Source of the DNA: Marsupella aquatica
Taxonomy: Eukaryota; Plantae; Marchantiophyta
DNA length: 64,000 bases
NCBI GenBank assembly: GCA_973895155.1
Contig: OZ316892.1
Span: forward strand, 21,205,619 to 21,269,618
Direction of reading: 5' to 3'
Position 1 is the stretch's first letter, and the number at the start of each line of letters is the position of its first letter. The notes below the pieces were generated by a model. It worked only from the letters and a program-made list of their open reading frames with translations. It made no database searches and was not told where the DNA came from. Shown here in pieces: positions 37,270-48,673 of this stretch. Made by a program: the position numbers and the translations under genes.

Positions 37270-40200
37270 AACCACAGAATTTTCAAAGAAACGAAAGGAG
37301 TATGCAAGAAGGGTGTCCAACACTATCTCTGGGCGTGTGCGTCGGAGTGAAAGGTTGAGCAAGAAGGTGGTACCTACAATGGCAGAATGTGGAGATGACA
37401 TGGATGCTGCACAGGTGGGTGCAGACACTAGACAAGAAGATGCAGATGATGAGTATTTTCCAGAGGAAATGGATGAGGATGGGGGTTATGAAGATGAATA
37501 CATTGCAGAGCAGCCCCAAAAGAAACAGGTAAGTAGTTTTCCCAACAAGGTTTTGAGTTAAAAACTCTTATTTGGAGGTTTCATATGTTCAGTACTACAC
37601 ATATGTACCTTGCTTAGTTCCTGACATTGTAGTTGGTGATGTGATGCAGCGTCCTGCCAGTTCTGTTTTGCCTTCAAAGCCTGTGCATGCACCATACCAG
37701 CAGGGGGGGCTGACCTTTGATCAAGGTTGGCAAGGTGGTAGTAGTGGTAGATCCCAGGCTGGTGCCCAATACTATGGCAGGGGGCAAGCTCTAGGTTATG
37801 CCCATGGTAGAGGCAGAGCAGGTCCAAACCCACAGTCTCGTGGGTTTGGACGTCCACCTCAACCATGGGGATGTGAGTATATATCTATATGCCAGTTCTT
37901 TGTGAAGGCATGACACTCCTGAATTTCAGACTGCATATCAATTTTTGACATTGTTTGGGATGTATTGGATTCAGACAACATGAAATTTTGTCCACCTACC
38001 ATTGCATGCAGATTCTGCCCAACCTGATTGGGCAAATGCTAGTAATGATCAGTTCCAATGTCCACAAGGACAAACATGGGTTGAACCAGGTTGGGAGGAT
38101 GGTGGTGGGTCGTGGAATGAACAAGGTTGGGAAGGTGGTGAAGGTAATTGGCAAGGATATCAAAATACAGTACCTACAAACGTTGGAAGAGGGGCAGGTA
38201 ATGTCTGATCTTGTCAGCAATGGAAGAACCCATTATATCTGGAGTCCATTCACGTGGGGGGGGATTCTGCACATGTATAATGATAGAAAATGTATGTGTG
38301 TAGGTTGGACAGTCGAACCATCGACTCAAGTATTCACTAATGCCCCTATGCAGATGCAGCACGGAAGGGGGACAGGTATGTCGGTGAATGTTTAGTTGTT
38401 TTCCTACAGTTTGTACTTAGTTTTCAGTACATATGTTTGCACACACATACCTAGAAAGTGACATCATTCGGCCCCTGTACTAGGCTGGACAGGTGGTCCA
38501 GGGTCGCAACAATTTCAGAGTGCAGTCCCTGCACAGGCATCTACAGGCAGAGCTACAGGTATGTATGTTTGAAGAATTCTTCTTGAAGTGAAGCATTGAA
38601 TGTTGCCGTCATCCATTCTGCTGTATGTAGTTCTCAAGCATGAATGGCATTGTATTTTCCCAGGTGGCTTCAGAACCCCAGGTAGGGTGAATGAAGGGGT
38701 GGCCAATACAACGCCCAGTACTACCGAGAGCAGTGCACGAGGGGAGGTGACAAAGAAAGGGAACGTAAAGTTGAATGAGAGACAATGGGTGGATGCTGAG
38801 TGTCCTCGCAAGAACCGATGGCATGCTAATTTGAAAGCTGAAGTATTGCGTTGGTTAGATGTGAGTGTTATTAATTTTAAAAAACAGCATCCAAAAGATT
38901 GGAAGACTGTATGTGAAAATGTTGCTGGCAAATGGAATTATGTGGGCAGTGATGATGGCGTGGACATAGGTTGCCTAGAGAGTACAGCAGGTAAAATCAT
39001 CAAGCAAGAGAGGTGGAGAATGCATAAGGCTTGGAAGGAAGGTGGGGAGAAGCCAGATATGCCTCCACCAGCCAGTTGTGATGATAAAGTGTGGGCAAGG
39101 TTAGTAGCTTATTTTGTAACAGATGCTTCAAAAAAGAAGAGTTCACAGATGACCGAGGCCAGGTTGAGTGTTCAGAACCCTAATCTGACAGGAAGGACCG
39201 GCACTGCACCGACAGCTAAACGTTTGGTAAGAATGAATGGCCTAGCTATGTAATTTATGCTACACTATGTACTGTTTTTTAGTGTAAACCCATACATGTA
39301 AACTTTGTTTTTTAGTGTACATTCCCTGAATATTGATCGATAACTTGTGTTTGCCATGCATGTGCAGAAACCCCAATTGGGGCAAAGCCCTTCAAAAGAA
39401 GAGTTGAGGGCCAAAATTGTGAACACCCGAGCTCAAGAGGGTGTATCTGAATCCTCCAAGCATGTAAGTTATATGAGTTCTGATTGGTAATTGAATGACC
39501 TGCGTTGAATTTCAGGTGTACACTGTATATAACATTGATTGTGCATATATTGCCCAACATTTCATATGGAGTGATTGAACCTATACCCATGTGTCATGTA
39601 GGGAGGTGGATCTTTACTTACAGAGATAAGTGGTCGTTTGAAGGCTGTCGAAACATGTCTTCCAGAGATCAATGAACGTTTGAATTCATTGACTGACTTG
39701 TTCCATGTGAACTTCAAGACATTAATGGAAGCTGTTGTGTCGGTGAGAGATAAAATTGATTCCAATTCTGCAGGAGTTCCACCATCACCACTTGAGGTGG
39801 CAAAGTCGATGCACTCTTCTGGCATGCCAACGACATGTAGGCTTGAAGGTAAGGCCTTTACAACTGTGTGGGATATGATTATTAAATGTATAGTTTGAAT
39901 TGACATTGTTTGTTGAATGTGTTATTTTTAGTAACATATATTGTGGTTGTTGTGTCCATAGAGAATAAGACAGGTGCTACAGAGAAGAAATATGAGAACC
40001 TGGCAAATACTCGCTGTAATTTAGAGGCAACAAAGTTGCAGTTTGTACAAGCAACTTGTTTGACAGAGGGCAGTCAACCATGTTTGGATAAGGATGACAT
40101 TGGCAAGGGAGTGGATGATATCAATGTTGGGGCAAATGAGGATATCAGCAAGCATGACAAGGATACCATTGAGCCAGATTCATGCTATGTAGATCTTGAC

Positions 40201-40758
40201 TCCATTGCAGAGATAAATGATTTGCAGAATGTATCATTCTCAATGATAGGTGTGCCTCTTGTTGAGATAAATCCAACCAAAGAGTTAGTTGGTATGACAC
40301 TCCCAGGTGATGAACCTGCTACTGTGACAGTCCTAATAGAGGAACCTACTGAGCCTAGCTTCACTACTGTGAAGAGAGGAAGCATGCGCACACGAAGCAA
40401 GTCTGCTGGTGGGAGCAAAGCCACGTCAAAGGTTTCATACAAACCTCCAAGAACAGTGCTGGCAGAAAGATCTAAAGTGGAAGTGGGGAAAGCACCTAAT
40501 GCTGAGGGACAAAGTGGCTTGTTAGCTATTGATGAGAGTGGAACACGAGTAGGATTTGGCAGAGTGCAGGTTGGTTCCACAACGTTCCATGGCAAGAGGA
40601 TTCCCCCAAGTTATTCAGTAGTGTTAGTCACATTACTAGTGAAACCTAAAGTTGTCCTTCCCATTCCAAACACAAATGATGATCCTCCTCAAAAGACACT
40701 TGGAGATGCTGCAGGTTCTTTGGTATTATGGCCAAGCAAGTTCATAGAGGATCCATAA
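37270..40758 (+). CDS. Multi-exon TnpA-like protein of the nested CACTA (Transposase_24-like core plus a C-terminal Tnp1/En/Spm-like domain); exact start and integrity uncertain
   Basis: Acidic and G/Q/W-rich N-terminal exons with GT-AG boundaries. Core ERWRMHKAW...PPPASCDDKVWARLVAYF...KKSSQMTEAR...TGRTG (38663-39226). C-terminal GRVQVGSTTFHGKRIP...VVLV...LPIP...TLGDA.GSLVLWP (to 40758). Confidence 0.7.
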
Positions 40759-43700
40759 CAATGTCATGCCATTATTTGTTTGTAGTGTGAGTCATGTCAT
40801 GTAGATTTTAGATGTCAAGAAGCAGTACAAGAATCATGTCCTCTTGGAGATTCATAGTATCATGCATGTGCTTTCAGTTATCTCATCCTGCAGTCATCAA
40901 TTATGAGTTCCTGTTTTGTCTGAATTACATTGATCACATTGTAAACTATTCCATTGGAATTTAAATGATCTTCATTTTTTAGCAAGATTGTGATTGTGTT
41001 TAATTCTTATGAATGTTTTATGTAGGATCTGCTTATATGATGCTTTGTTTCATGTGGATGTCATTCATGCTATGTTCATTTCTTGTATTCAATGTGTTAT
41101 ATTTCTAAAGTTAGAACATCAGTTTCTATGTATTGTAATGTGGAGTGCTCTCTCTCCTTATGAACTGTCCCTCTCTGTTCATTAGTCATGGTTATAACTT
41201 GCATGTGAACCTTATTAGTTATAAACATGAGTATATAGAGTCCCAAATGGTTTTGTTGTGTGACGCGGGCCAGGGTCTCCATTGGTCTCTCCTGTGACAC
41301 TAAATGGTCACACGCTAGTCGTTGTTGAATGCGGGTAAGTCATGTATGTGACTTACTATGTGACTCGCTGAAGTCATATTGCAGTCACGTAGAAACAAGG
41401 CTAGACTCCACAATAAAGTCACAGATCAGTCACAAATGGGTATCAAGCAAGTTGCAAAGCCCAGTATCAATAGTGACTTCCATTTTTTGGTCTCAACTTT
41501 TGCAACTCCAAGGGTCACAGCGTGGGTCAAGTCACGTTGAGTCACAATGAAGTCACATGAGCCAAAATGAGTCACATATTGCGGTCTCAGTTCACCTCGG
41601 ATTCTTCTAGTGAGCACATTGATGCCACTTGGCCAAATTTTTCCCAGGAGCCAAGAAATGTTCGTTTGGGGTTGGCAATCGATGGAGTGAACCCATATAA
41701 ACAACGACGGAAGCCTAAGTCCATCTGGCCTGTTCTTTTGATAAATCAAAACATCCCTCCATGGTTGGCAATGAAGAAGGGTCATGTGCTTCTATTAGCT
41801 ATAATTCCTGGACCCAAGGCCTGTAAGAATCCTGATATCTGTTTGGCTCCAGCTTATGAAGAGCTACATAATCTATGGGAGGTTGGAGCAGTGACAACAG
41901 ATGTCACTCGTGAAGCAGGCAATGGTAGGACCTTCAATATGAGGGTGATGATCACTCATTGCACCACAGATGGTCCAGGTAATTCATTGGGCAACCCAAT
42001 GACTATTGTTTGTACAATGTCATGTACAATGCAAGTGTTGGGGTTATTTGTGGTCTGAACATGGTTCAATGAAATGGCAGGTATGGGGACAATATCTGGC
42101 CTGAAGGTGGCAGGTTTTTCAGCTTGCCCTTCATGTGGCCCAGAGTTGCGTGGGAGGTACTCAAGACTACTGCACAAAACCACATATGAGGGCAGTAGGG
42201 TCCGGTTGGCAATGGATGACCACTTGCGACAAAACACAACACATTGGGCAGAGACTGAAGTGCGGCCATGTCCTAATGGCCCTTCAGCTGAAGGAAAAAT
42301 TCAAATGGCAGAGAAGGTGGAAGCAAAGTTACTAAAACCCAAGGATTGTGGAGTAAACCGACGCTCAGCTATGTGGGACTTGCCTTATTGGAGGGTAAGT
42401 GATAGAAGTGCATGGTTCCTTTACAGCAAATTAGACCAATAAAATTCTTAATTTAGAGATTGCAACTGATTCAATATGTTATTTCAATTTCCAGAGACTC
42501 CAGGTTCGATGGTTGTTGGACCCCATGCACATTGAAGTGAATGTTGCTAAGAACTTGGTGAAGCACATTTATGGGACGAATGACACTCGTGGAGTCCGAG
42601 AGGATGCTGAGAGGGTTGGAGTAGTGAAGAGTTGTTGGATAACACGTACTGGGGAGAAACCTCCTGGTCCTTGGATTTTGCCAAGAGAGGTTTTGAAGGA
42701 CATGAATGGGATGATAAGCGAGATGAAGTTCCCTAGCCATTACGGAGCTGGTTTTCGTGGGTGCACTACAAGGAATGATCACATACCCCCAATAGGGTTG
42801 AAGTCTCATGATTATCACAAGTTGATACAGCATGTGCTACCAACAGTCTTGCGTTGTTGTGATGATTCCCGGGAGCGTCGTTTACTCCGTCTGACTATAT
42901 ATGAGATGTGCTCCATTTTTAGGTATGATAATGTACCCTCTCTTCCATTGCTCTCTTGCAAGTTCTTGTTACACCTGAAGGAGCCATGTAATTCAACAAG
43001 TATTTCAAACTCATTTTTCTATGGCCCTATGTGGATCTGACATACAAAATCTTTGATGGTTTTGAGGAGGAACATAGGTGGGTATGTGCTAAGGAGATAA
43101 AGGAGTCTGAGATTCCTTTGATGAGAGAGAGGTCAGCTCGCGTGATGTGCAGTATGGAGAAGGTGTTTCCCCCATGCATATTTGACATGCAATTGCATTT
43201 ACTATGTCACTTGGTGGATGAGGTCGCGATTGCTGGTCCTGTCCATGCACGTTGGATGTATTGGGTAGAGCGCTTCATGAAAGTGCTCAAGTCCATGGTG
43301 CGTCAACCAGCTCGACCAGAGGGAAGTATGGCAACGGGGTATATCATGTCGGAGTGCCTCTTTTATTCCGGAGGGATGATAGGGAGTTTGGACACAGAAG
43401 CTCCCACAGCTTGGGAAGAGGCACAAGATGATGACAATGGTGGGTTGCGTTTGATGGGTGCATCAAAAAATCGTTCACTACATGACAACATACTTCGCCT
43501 ACAGATCCACAATTATGTGTTGGGAAATCGCCCAGAGATGTCTCAGTGGAGGGAGTTGCATAGGTACATATATGCAACTCTATATAACTGTTAATCTAAC
43601 AGTAGACGTTGTTCTACATTCTATGTGTGTAGAAGTTAGAGTGGGTTCAAGGAGCACTTCTTTGGATTGTGCAATATTCTCATGGATTCATACATTTTTT

Positions 43701-44829
43701 GCAGTGCATTCTTGGAGCAGCAACCGATAGTTGCACAACGGTATGCATTATTTCGCGTATGGGCATTGGAGCGCATGGATAGGCTCCTTGCAGAGCATGG
43801 ACCCTTATCCATTCCCATTGATGTACAGAACATCATTAGGGGACCAGGGTTGTGGGCAACGACCCATACACACATGTATGAGTCAGGGCACCACTTTCGC
43901 ACTTGGAGGACAGATCACATGAAGAAGAGTACATGTAACTCAGGAGTGTTCATGTTGACAGACCCAGGTGATGTTGAGATTCCCTATTGTGGCACTATAT
44001 TGGATATTTTAGACGTTCACTTTGGGTCATTTACTACTATTGTGTTAGAGGTGCGGTGGCACAAATCCATCATGTCACCTCCACATAGAGCCACCATGGT
44101 GAAAGATGAGTGTGGGTTCTATCGGGTAGACACGACTCGTGTAGCACCATCCGGGACTGAGGTTAGTGACACTATAGTATTTCCTAGCCAGGTGGATCAG
44201 TGTATTATGGTTCCGATGCACACTATGAGAGGATGGTCCATCGTCATTCCCATCTTCCCACGACGGAGGAAGGGTTTGATGGCATCAGTAATTGTAGATG
44301 ATATGGATCCATGACCATAAATATATTCAGTGCATGTATATATTCGTTATGGCCACCTTCATGTGGGTTTGTAGCATCTGTGGGTAACGTCGTTGTATGA
44401 CTATTATGTCCGATAGACCAATGTATCTTCAAACTACGTCGTATCAGGCAGACGTTAATTCCAATTAACGTCGTTTTATTGAGCCTTCAACGACGTTAAT
44501 TTAGCCACGACCCCGTTTACGTTACTCCACACGACGTTGATTCTCCACTTAAAACGATGTTAAACTAACTTATGTCGTTTTAGGGTACGTATTAAACCAA
44601 AGACGTCGTGTATTGCAACGTTACTATATCCGCGCGACGTTAATGACAGTGGTGACATTAATTGGCACATGCATTCAAAATGAAAAACATGAGGGAGTCT
44701 TTATTCAGTTTCAGTATGATATAGAGATACAAAGGTCCTACAAAGCACATTGCATGTCCACCACAAAGCGACTATAACCTAGCCGAATCACTAAACTGCC
44801 TCATCCATTGACATCCAGATTGTTGCTAC

Positions 44830-45390
44830 TTAAGGAGTTCCTTCACCAGACCAGTAGTACTCCTCATCTGCCTTCCTTCTTTTGTAAGAATCACGCCTCT
44901 GCCTCTGGTTCCATTTCTTCCGGACGACCTCTTCCCCAGCCTTTAGCCTTTCAGCCTCAACCTCAGTTGCACAACTTTCCTTGTAATCATACAAGACAAT
45001 GTGAAGCTCAGTCGGAGACAGCTCACATTTGGGCAATGTAGGTGGATATGCCTCCCCATCATCTGGGTTGGGCGCCTCATCCAACATCTGATCATCACCT
45101 GGATGCAGCAGGAAGTCTCCTGGATCCAACTGTTTGTTGGCCAGAATTGAGCACTCTACCCAACGGATAGAAATGAAATGAACTGTCTCTACAAAGTGCT
45201 CGATCAATCCATGGTAGTCACTGAAGTGCTCAACAACTTCTTTCCACGTATAGGCCAGCAAGTAGTCTGTTTCCGAGGTACACAACTTCTCAATAACACC
45301 TCCCCGACAAAAGAACCCACGTATAGTCTTGTCCTCTTCACCAAGTGGAAGGAAGCAACAATGCACATCTTTGAAGAACTTGCGCACCAT
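44830..45390 (-). CDS. Unknown 186-aa intronless accessory ORF inside the outer CACTA element
   Basis: ATG-initiated, protein-like composition (globular N-half, acidic linker, basic helical C-terminus RKKWNQRQRRDSYKRRK resembling an NLS). It sits between motif clusters, convergent with the transposase. No family recognised. Confidence 0.55.
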   Translation of the reverse strand: MVRKFFKDVHCCFLPLGEEDKTIRGFFCRGGVIEKLCTSETDYLLAYTWKEVVEHFSDYHGLIEHFVETVHFISIRWVECSILANKQLDPGDFLLHPGDDQMLDEAPNPDDGEAYPPTLPKCELSPTELHIVLYDYKESCATEVEAERLKAGEEVVRKKWNQRQRRDSYKRRKADEEYYWSGEGTP

Positions 45391-46339
45391 GATTGAACAC
45401 TGAGTCTAGATCCCACGCTGCAATTTCTCTGTACTCAGGAAGAGTGCATTCTCCAAAAATCACAAATGCAAGCCTACTTTGGTCTCAGCACTCTTAAACC
45501 AAAATCCTCCCGTAGAAAACCCAAGCTATACTCGAGTCAGCATGGACTACTCCTCATTCAAGTCGTCCACACCGATGTACTCAACGTCTAACATGGCTTG
45601 ATTCAATCGGAACGTCCTACAGAGCAACGTTACCACTTTTACGTCTCCCTCCACGACGTAAACATTGACGTCGTTATACCCTAAACACATTACGTCCTCT
45701 AATACGTCGTTAATATTGAACGACGACCAAAACGACGTTTAGGACAGCTCATCCAGAGACGTTAATTTTAAACGTGTTTCCAGCGACGTTAAAATGGGGC
45801 AATCGGCGCTTAGATTTCTCCGACGTCGCCGTTACGTCGGACGTAGTTATAAACGTAGTCATGGAAGTCGTTAATTATATTAACGACGATTATGAGGAGG
45901 TATTGTTTGCATCCGACGCAACAAAATCTAGTTGTGGAATATAAATAAATAAATTTTAGTTTAGTATGAATGAAAAAGAGTCACGCCAATGTCCAAGTAG
46001 GAGGAATCAAATGGGATGTCACTAACACAATGCACAAGGATAAGGAGAAAATATTGTACATACTCAATAAGGTGTAGATACTCAATAGAGTGAGATAGTG
46101 CATAGTTTAGTGTAATATTCGTAGGAGTTAAATTTTGGATACTATTTTAGTCAATAAGGGACTGCATACACTACTCAAATAAATCAATAATTCTCCCAAT
46201 ATTTAGGATGATTTTTTTACATTCATTTTTTGTGCCATTTTGAGTGCCAAAAAAAAACAATTATAAGGTCTAAAGACATAGTAAAGATCATGGCACTGGC
46301 GTTGATGGCAAGGTGTTGGGCGAGGGGCACACTTTTACT

Positions 46340-47078
46340 TCACAATATCTTTTTACTTCACAATATCTTTCACATAACGAACCATTTGGCCCCACATCAT
46401 CTTTTTATTCATGACATCTTTCACACAACAACATTTGTGGCAAAACGACTTCTTTTTTGTTAGTTACGCCAATCTTTTACTTGACGACATGTTTGGCAAA
46501 ATGACTTCTTTTTTCTTAACGATGTCTTTTACTTGACAACGGGCTTGACAACGTCTTTCACATAACTACATCTTTGAACTGGCAAAACAACTTCATTGTT
46601 CTTAACAACATGGTTTTACTCCGCGACATCTTGGGCGACACAACATCTTTTGTGCAACGCACATGTATTGAGCTATTTTGTACTTAACAACATTGTTATA
46701 CTTAATAAAACCTTTGGCGTAACGCATTACGACATCATTGACAACACGACCTCTATTTCTTCCACAACCTCTTGGCCGAGATTACATCTTTCTTCTCAAC
46801 AACCTCTTGGCCTACACGACATCTTTTGTTCTCATCGACTTCTTGGGCGACACGACATCTTTTGTTCTCACCGACATCTTGGCCAAGATGACATCTTTTG
46901 TTTTCAATGACATCTTGGGCGACACGACATCTTTTGTTCTCAACGACATCTTGGGTGACACGACATCTTTCTTCTCAACGACCTCTTGGTCGACATGTCA
47001 TCTTTCTTCTCAACAATCTCTTGGCCGACACAACATCTTTTGTTCTCAACAACATCTTGGCCGTCACGACATCTTTGG
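46340..47078 (+). repeat. Array of ACGACATCTT-core repeats in the Helitron 3' region (related array at ~25045-25260)
   Basis: Alternating units such as CACGACATCTTTTGTTCTC / AACGACATCTTGGGCGA, with a ~37-bp higher-order period at 46815-47075. Confidence 0.85.
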
Positions 47079-47870
47079 TGCAACGCACGGGTATTGAGCT
47101 AGTACGAGTATATTACACAAATTGATAAAAAACTGAGCGATTACTTCTAGTCGACTGTTGTGCAAATCAAGTTAGTAATAAATATCAAGCAATACAGATT
47201 ATTTTGTCACCCCAGCTTGATGTTGACCAGACGTAGTTGCATCGTTACCGTCCCCACAACGGGGCACTCATATTGTTTCATGAAGGACCTCACCTGAAGC
47301 TCGGTACCTCGTTCCCTTAAATATTAAACTATTCACGTATTCATCAAACACACGAGTTGTAACTTCCGTCAAAAGGAGGTTGCGTCCTATTGTTGTCACA
47401 ACTCTACCCTTTTCTCGCTCTTTCCGTTGACGTGTTACTTTCCATCCTGGCGCCTCTGTCATCCGAGTCCATTGCAAAAGCCAGGAAAATTGTTAGAAAC
47501 CACACATGCACTCCGCGACAATGTAGTTGCGGCTCGCTGCTTCCGTTGATATGTTTCCGCTTTTTAGCCTCTGTCGTCTGAGTAGACCAAAATTGCCGGC
47601 ATTAAAATTGCTAGCGACCACACACCCCGCGACAATGTCTGGACTGCTTCTCCTCTTCGACAGGCACGAGCGTCCATCAATTTCCCGACGAGCGGTGTGT
47701 ATATAACCTGTCAGTTTCTTTCCATGTTCGCATGATAGTCTGCTGTCACTCAGTACACAAGTTCTCAATGTGACTCGAAATCAGCGTCTATTTGTTGATC
47801 AGGATCGGCATTCTTTGCTTTCTCTTGATTTGTCTGCCAAGCTAAATCTAGTCTTCGTACAGAGACAATC

Positions 47871-48488
47871 ATGGGCCGTGTCAGCTCCGTGGTCGCTGGA
47901 GTCCTGCTCCTGGCAAGTTGCTTTGCCATTGTACAAGCTTCTGATCCAGATCTCACCACAGACTTCGAAGTTCCGGTCGGTGTTAACGCCTCCACCCTCG
48001 ATGGCAACTTCTTCACCAACATCGAGTTGCGAAATGTATCAATCAAAGCTGGGAATTTCGCCACCGTGACTCCCATCAATGAAGGTAAATTTCTAGCTCT
48101 TAAAGGCCTGGGAACTTCAGGAGCTCTGCTCGAATTCCCATCGGGCACTACCAATCCTCCTCATACGCATCCTCGTGGCACCGAACTTTTGTACGTCATC
48201 GAAGGTTGCCTCTACGTTGGGCTCGTTGACAGTGCCAACAACAAACTCTTCACCCAGAGCTTGTACCCGGGTGACCTTTTCGTTTTTCCCAAGGGACTAG
48301 TCCATTTCCAGATCAACTACGGATCCGCAACTGTGAAGGCCTTCTCCGGATTCAGCAGCTCTGGCCCAGGACTCGTCCGGTTGCCCAACGCTCTCTTCAA
48401 GTCCGGCATCTACGACGGTGTGCTGGCCGAGGGATTCGGAGTGTCGAGCACTGTTATCGACACTTTGATCGGTGCTACCGTGGAGTAG
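47871..48488 (+). CDS. Germin-like protein (cupin), secreted, 205 aa, intronless
   Basis: Signal peptide, SDPDLTTDF mature N-terminus, germin box NPPHTHPRGTELLYV and FVFPKGLVHFQ. Confidence 0.95.
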   Translation: MGRVSSVVAGVLLLASCFAIVQASDPDLTTDFEVPVGVNASTLDGNFFTNIELRNVSIKAGNFATVTPINEGKFLALKGLGTSGALLEFPSGTTNPPHTHPRGTELLYVIEGCLYVGLVDSANNKLFTQSLYPGDLFVFPKGLVHFQINYGSATVKAFSGFSSSGPGLVRLPNALFKSGIYDGVLAEGFGVSSTVIDTLIGATVE

Positions 48489-48511
48489 TCCCAAGCCTAG
48501 CTCGTTTTCAG

Positions 48512-48673
48512 CTCAAGGTTATCCATGGCCAAACGGTCTATATCCACATTTGAGCTTTAGCATTTTATCAAGAGCAGATAGTACAGGGATTCTCAAGGTT
48601 ATCCATGGCCAAACGGCCTATATCCACATTTGACCTTTAGCATTTTATTAAGAGCAGATAGTACAGGGATTCT
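48512..48673. repeat. Tandem duplication ~81 bp x2 in the germin 3' region
   Basis: CTCAAGGTTATCCATGGCCAAACGG...GCAGATAGTACAGGGATTCT occurs twice. Confidence 0.9.

Larger units (their letters stand above)
31603..41612 (+). mobile_element. Nested non-autonomous CACTA element (Pack-CACTA-like), 10.0 kb
   Basis: TIR CACTAGAAGAA at 31603 and TTCTTCTAGTG ending at 41612. TSD AGC at 31600-31602 and 41613-41615. Removing the element and one TSD restores TGG AAG CAC ATT GAT (W-K-H-I-D) in the host transposase. Subterminal GTCACA/TGTGAC repeats occur at ~41255-41580. Confidence 0.95.
28622..44314 (+). pseudogene. CACTA TnpD/Tnp2 transposase (Transpos_assoc + Transposase_21 + DUF4218 + DUF4216-like), interrupted at 31603-41615 by a nested CACTA
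   Basis: Exons approx 28622-29233, 30290-30714, 30855-31161, 31461-31602/41616-41978, 42081-42393, 42494-42922, 43078-43563, 43705-44314. Motifs: CPCRRC...VLSHLGIHG; IHMCPGGCILY; YFPITPRLQHLY; DSPAWK|HIDATWPNFSQEPRNVRLGLAIDGVNPY; LDPMHIEVNV; GLKSHDYH; FDMQLHLLCHL...GPVHARWMYWVERFMKVLK...RPEGSMA; YCGTILDI. Confidence 0.92.
25384..45936. mobile_element. CACTA/EnSpm-superfamily transposon with CACAA termini (20.5 kb including a 10-kb nested element)
   Basis: Left TIR CACAACTACATTAT; right TIR reverse complement CACAACTAGATTTT. 3-bp TSD GAA at 25381-25383 and 45937-45939. Encodes a Tnp2-type transposase and a TnpA-like protein. The flanks rejoin into a Helitron unit when the element is removed. 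Confidence 0.9.
24080..47102 (+). mobile_element. Non-autonomous Helitron-like tandem array (unit A ~24080-25290; unit B 25295-47102, interrupted by the CACTA stack)
   Basis: The 3' end GTGCAACGCACGGGTATTGAGCTAG|T (hairpin + CTAG then T) is at 47078-47103, with degenerate copies at ~25271 and ~46652. The 5' motif TC..(AC)TATAATACAAGG.TGCGCC...GGTC.TCATTCAAAT is at 24080 and 25295. Sequence after 45939 continues homology with unit A (TAAATAAA...AGTTTAGT.TGAATGAAA). No RepHel ORF. Confidence 0.7.

Noticed and set aside
46760-47078. Regularly spaced repeats superficially like a CRISPR array, and the 119-aa repetitive ORF 46738-47097
   Set aside because: The 'spacers' are themselves repeated, the context is eukaryotic and there are no cas genes. 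It is a Helitron subterminal minisatellite and the ORF is a by-product.
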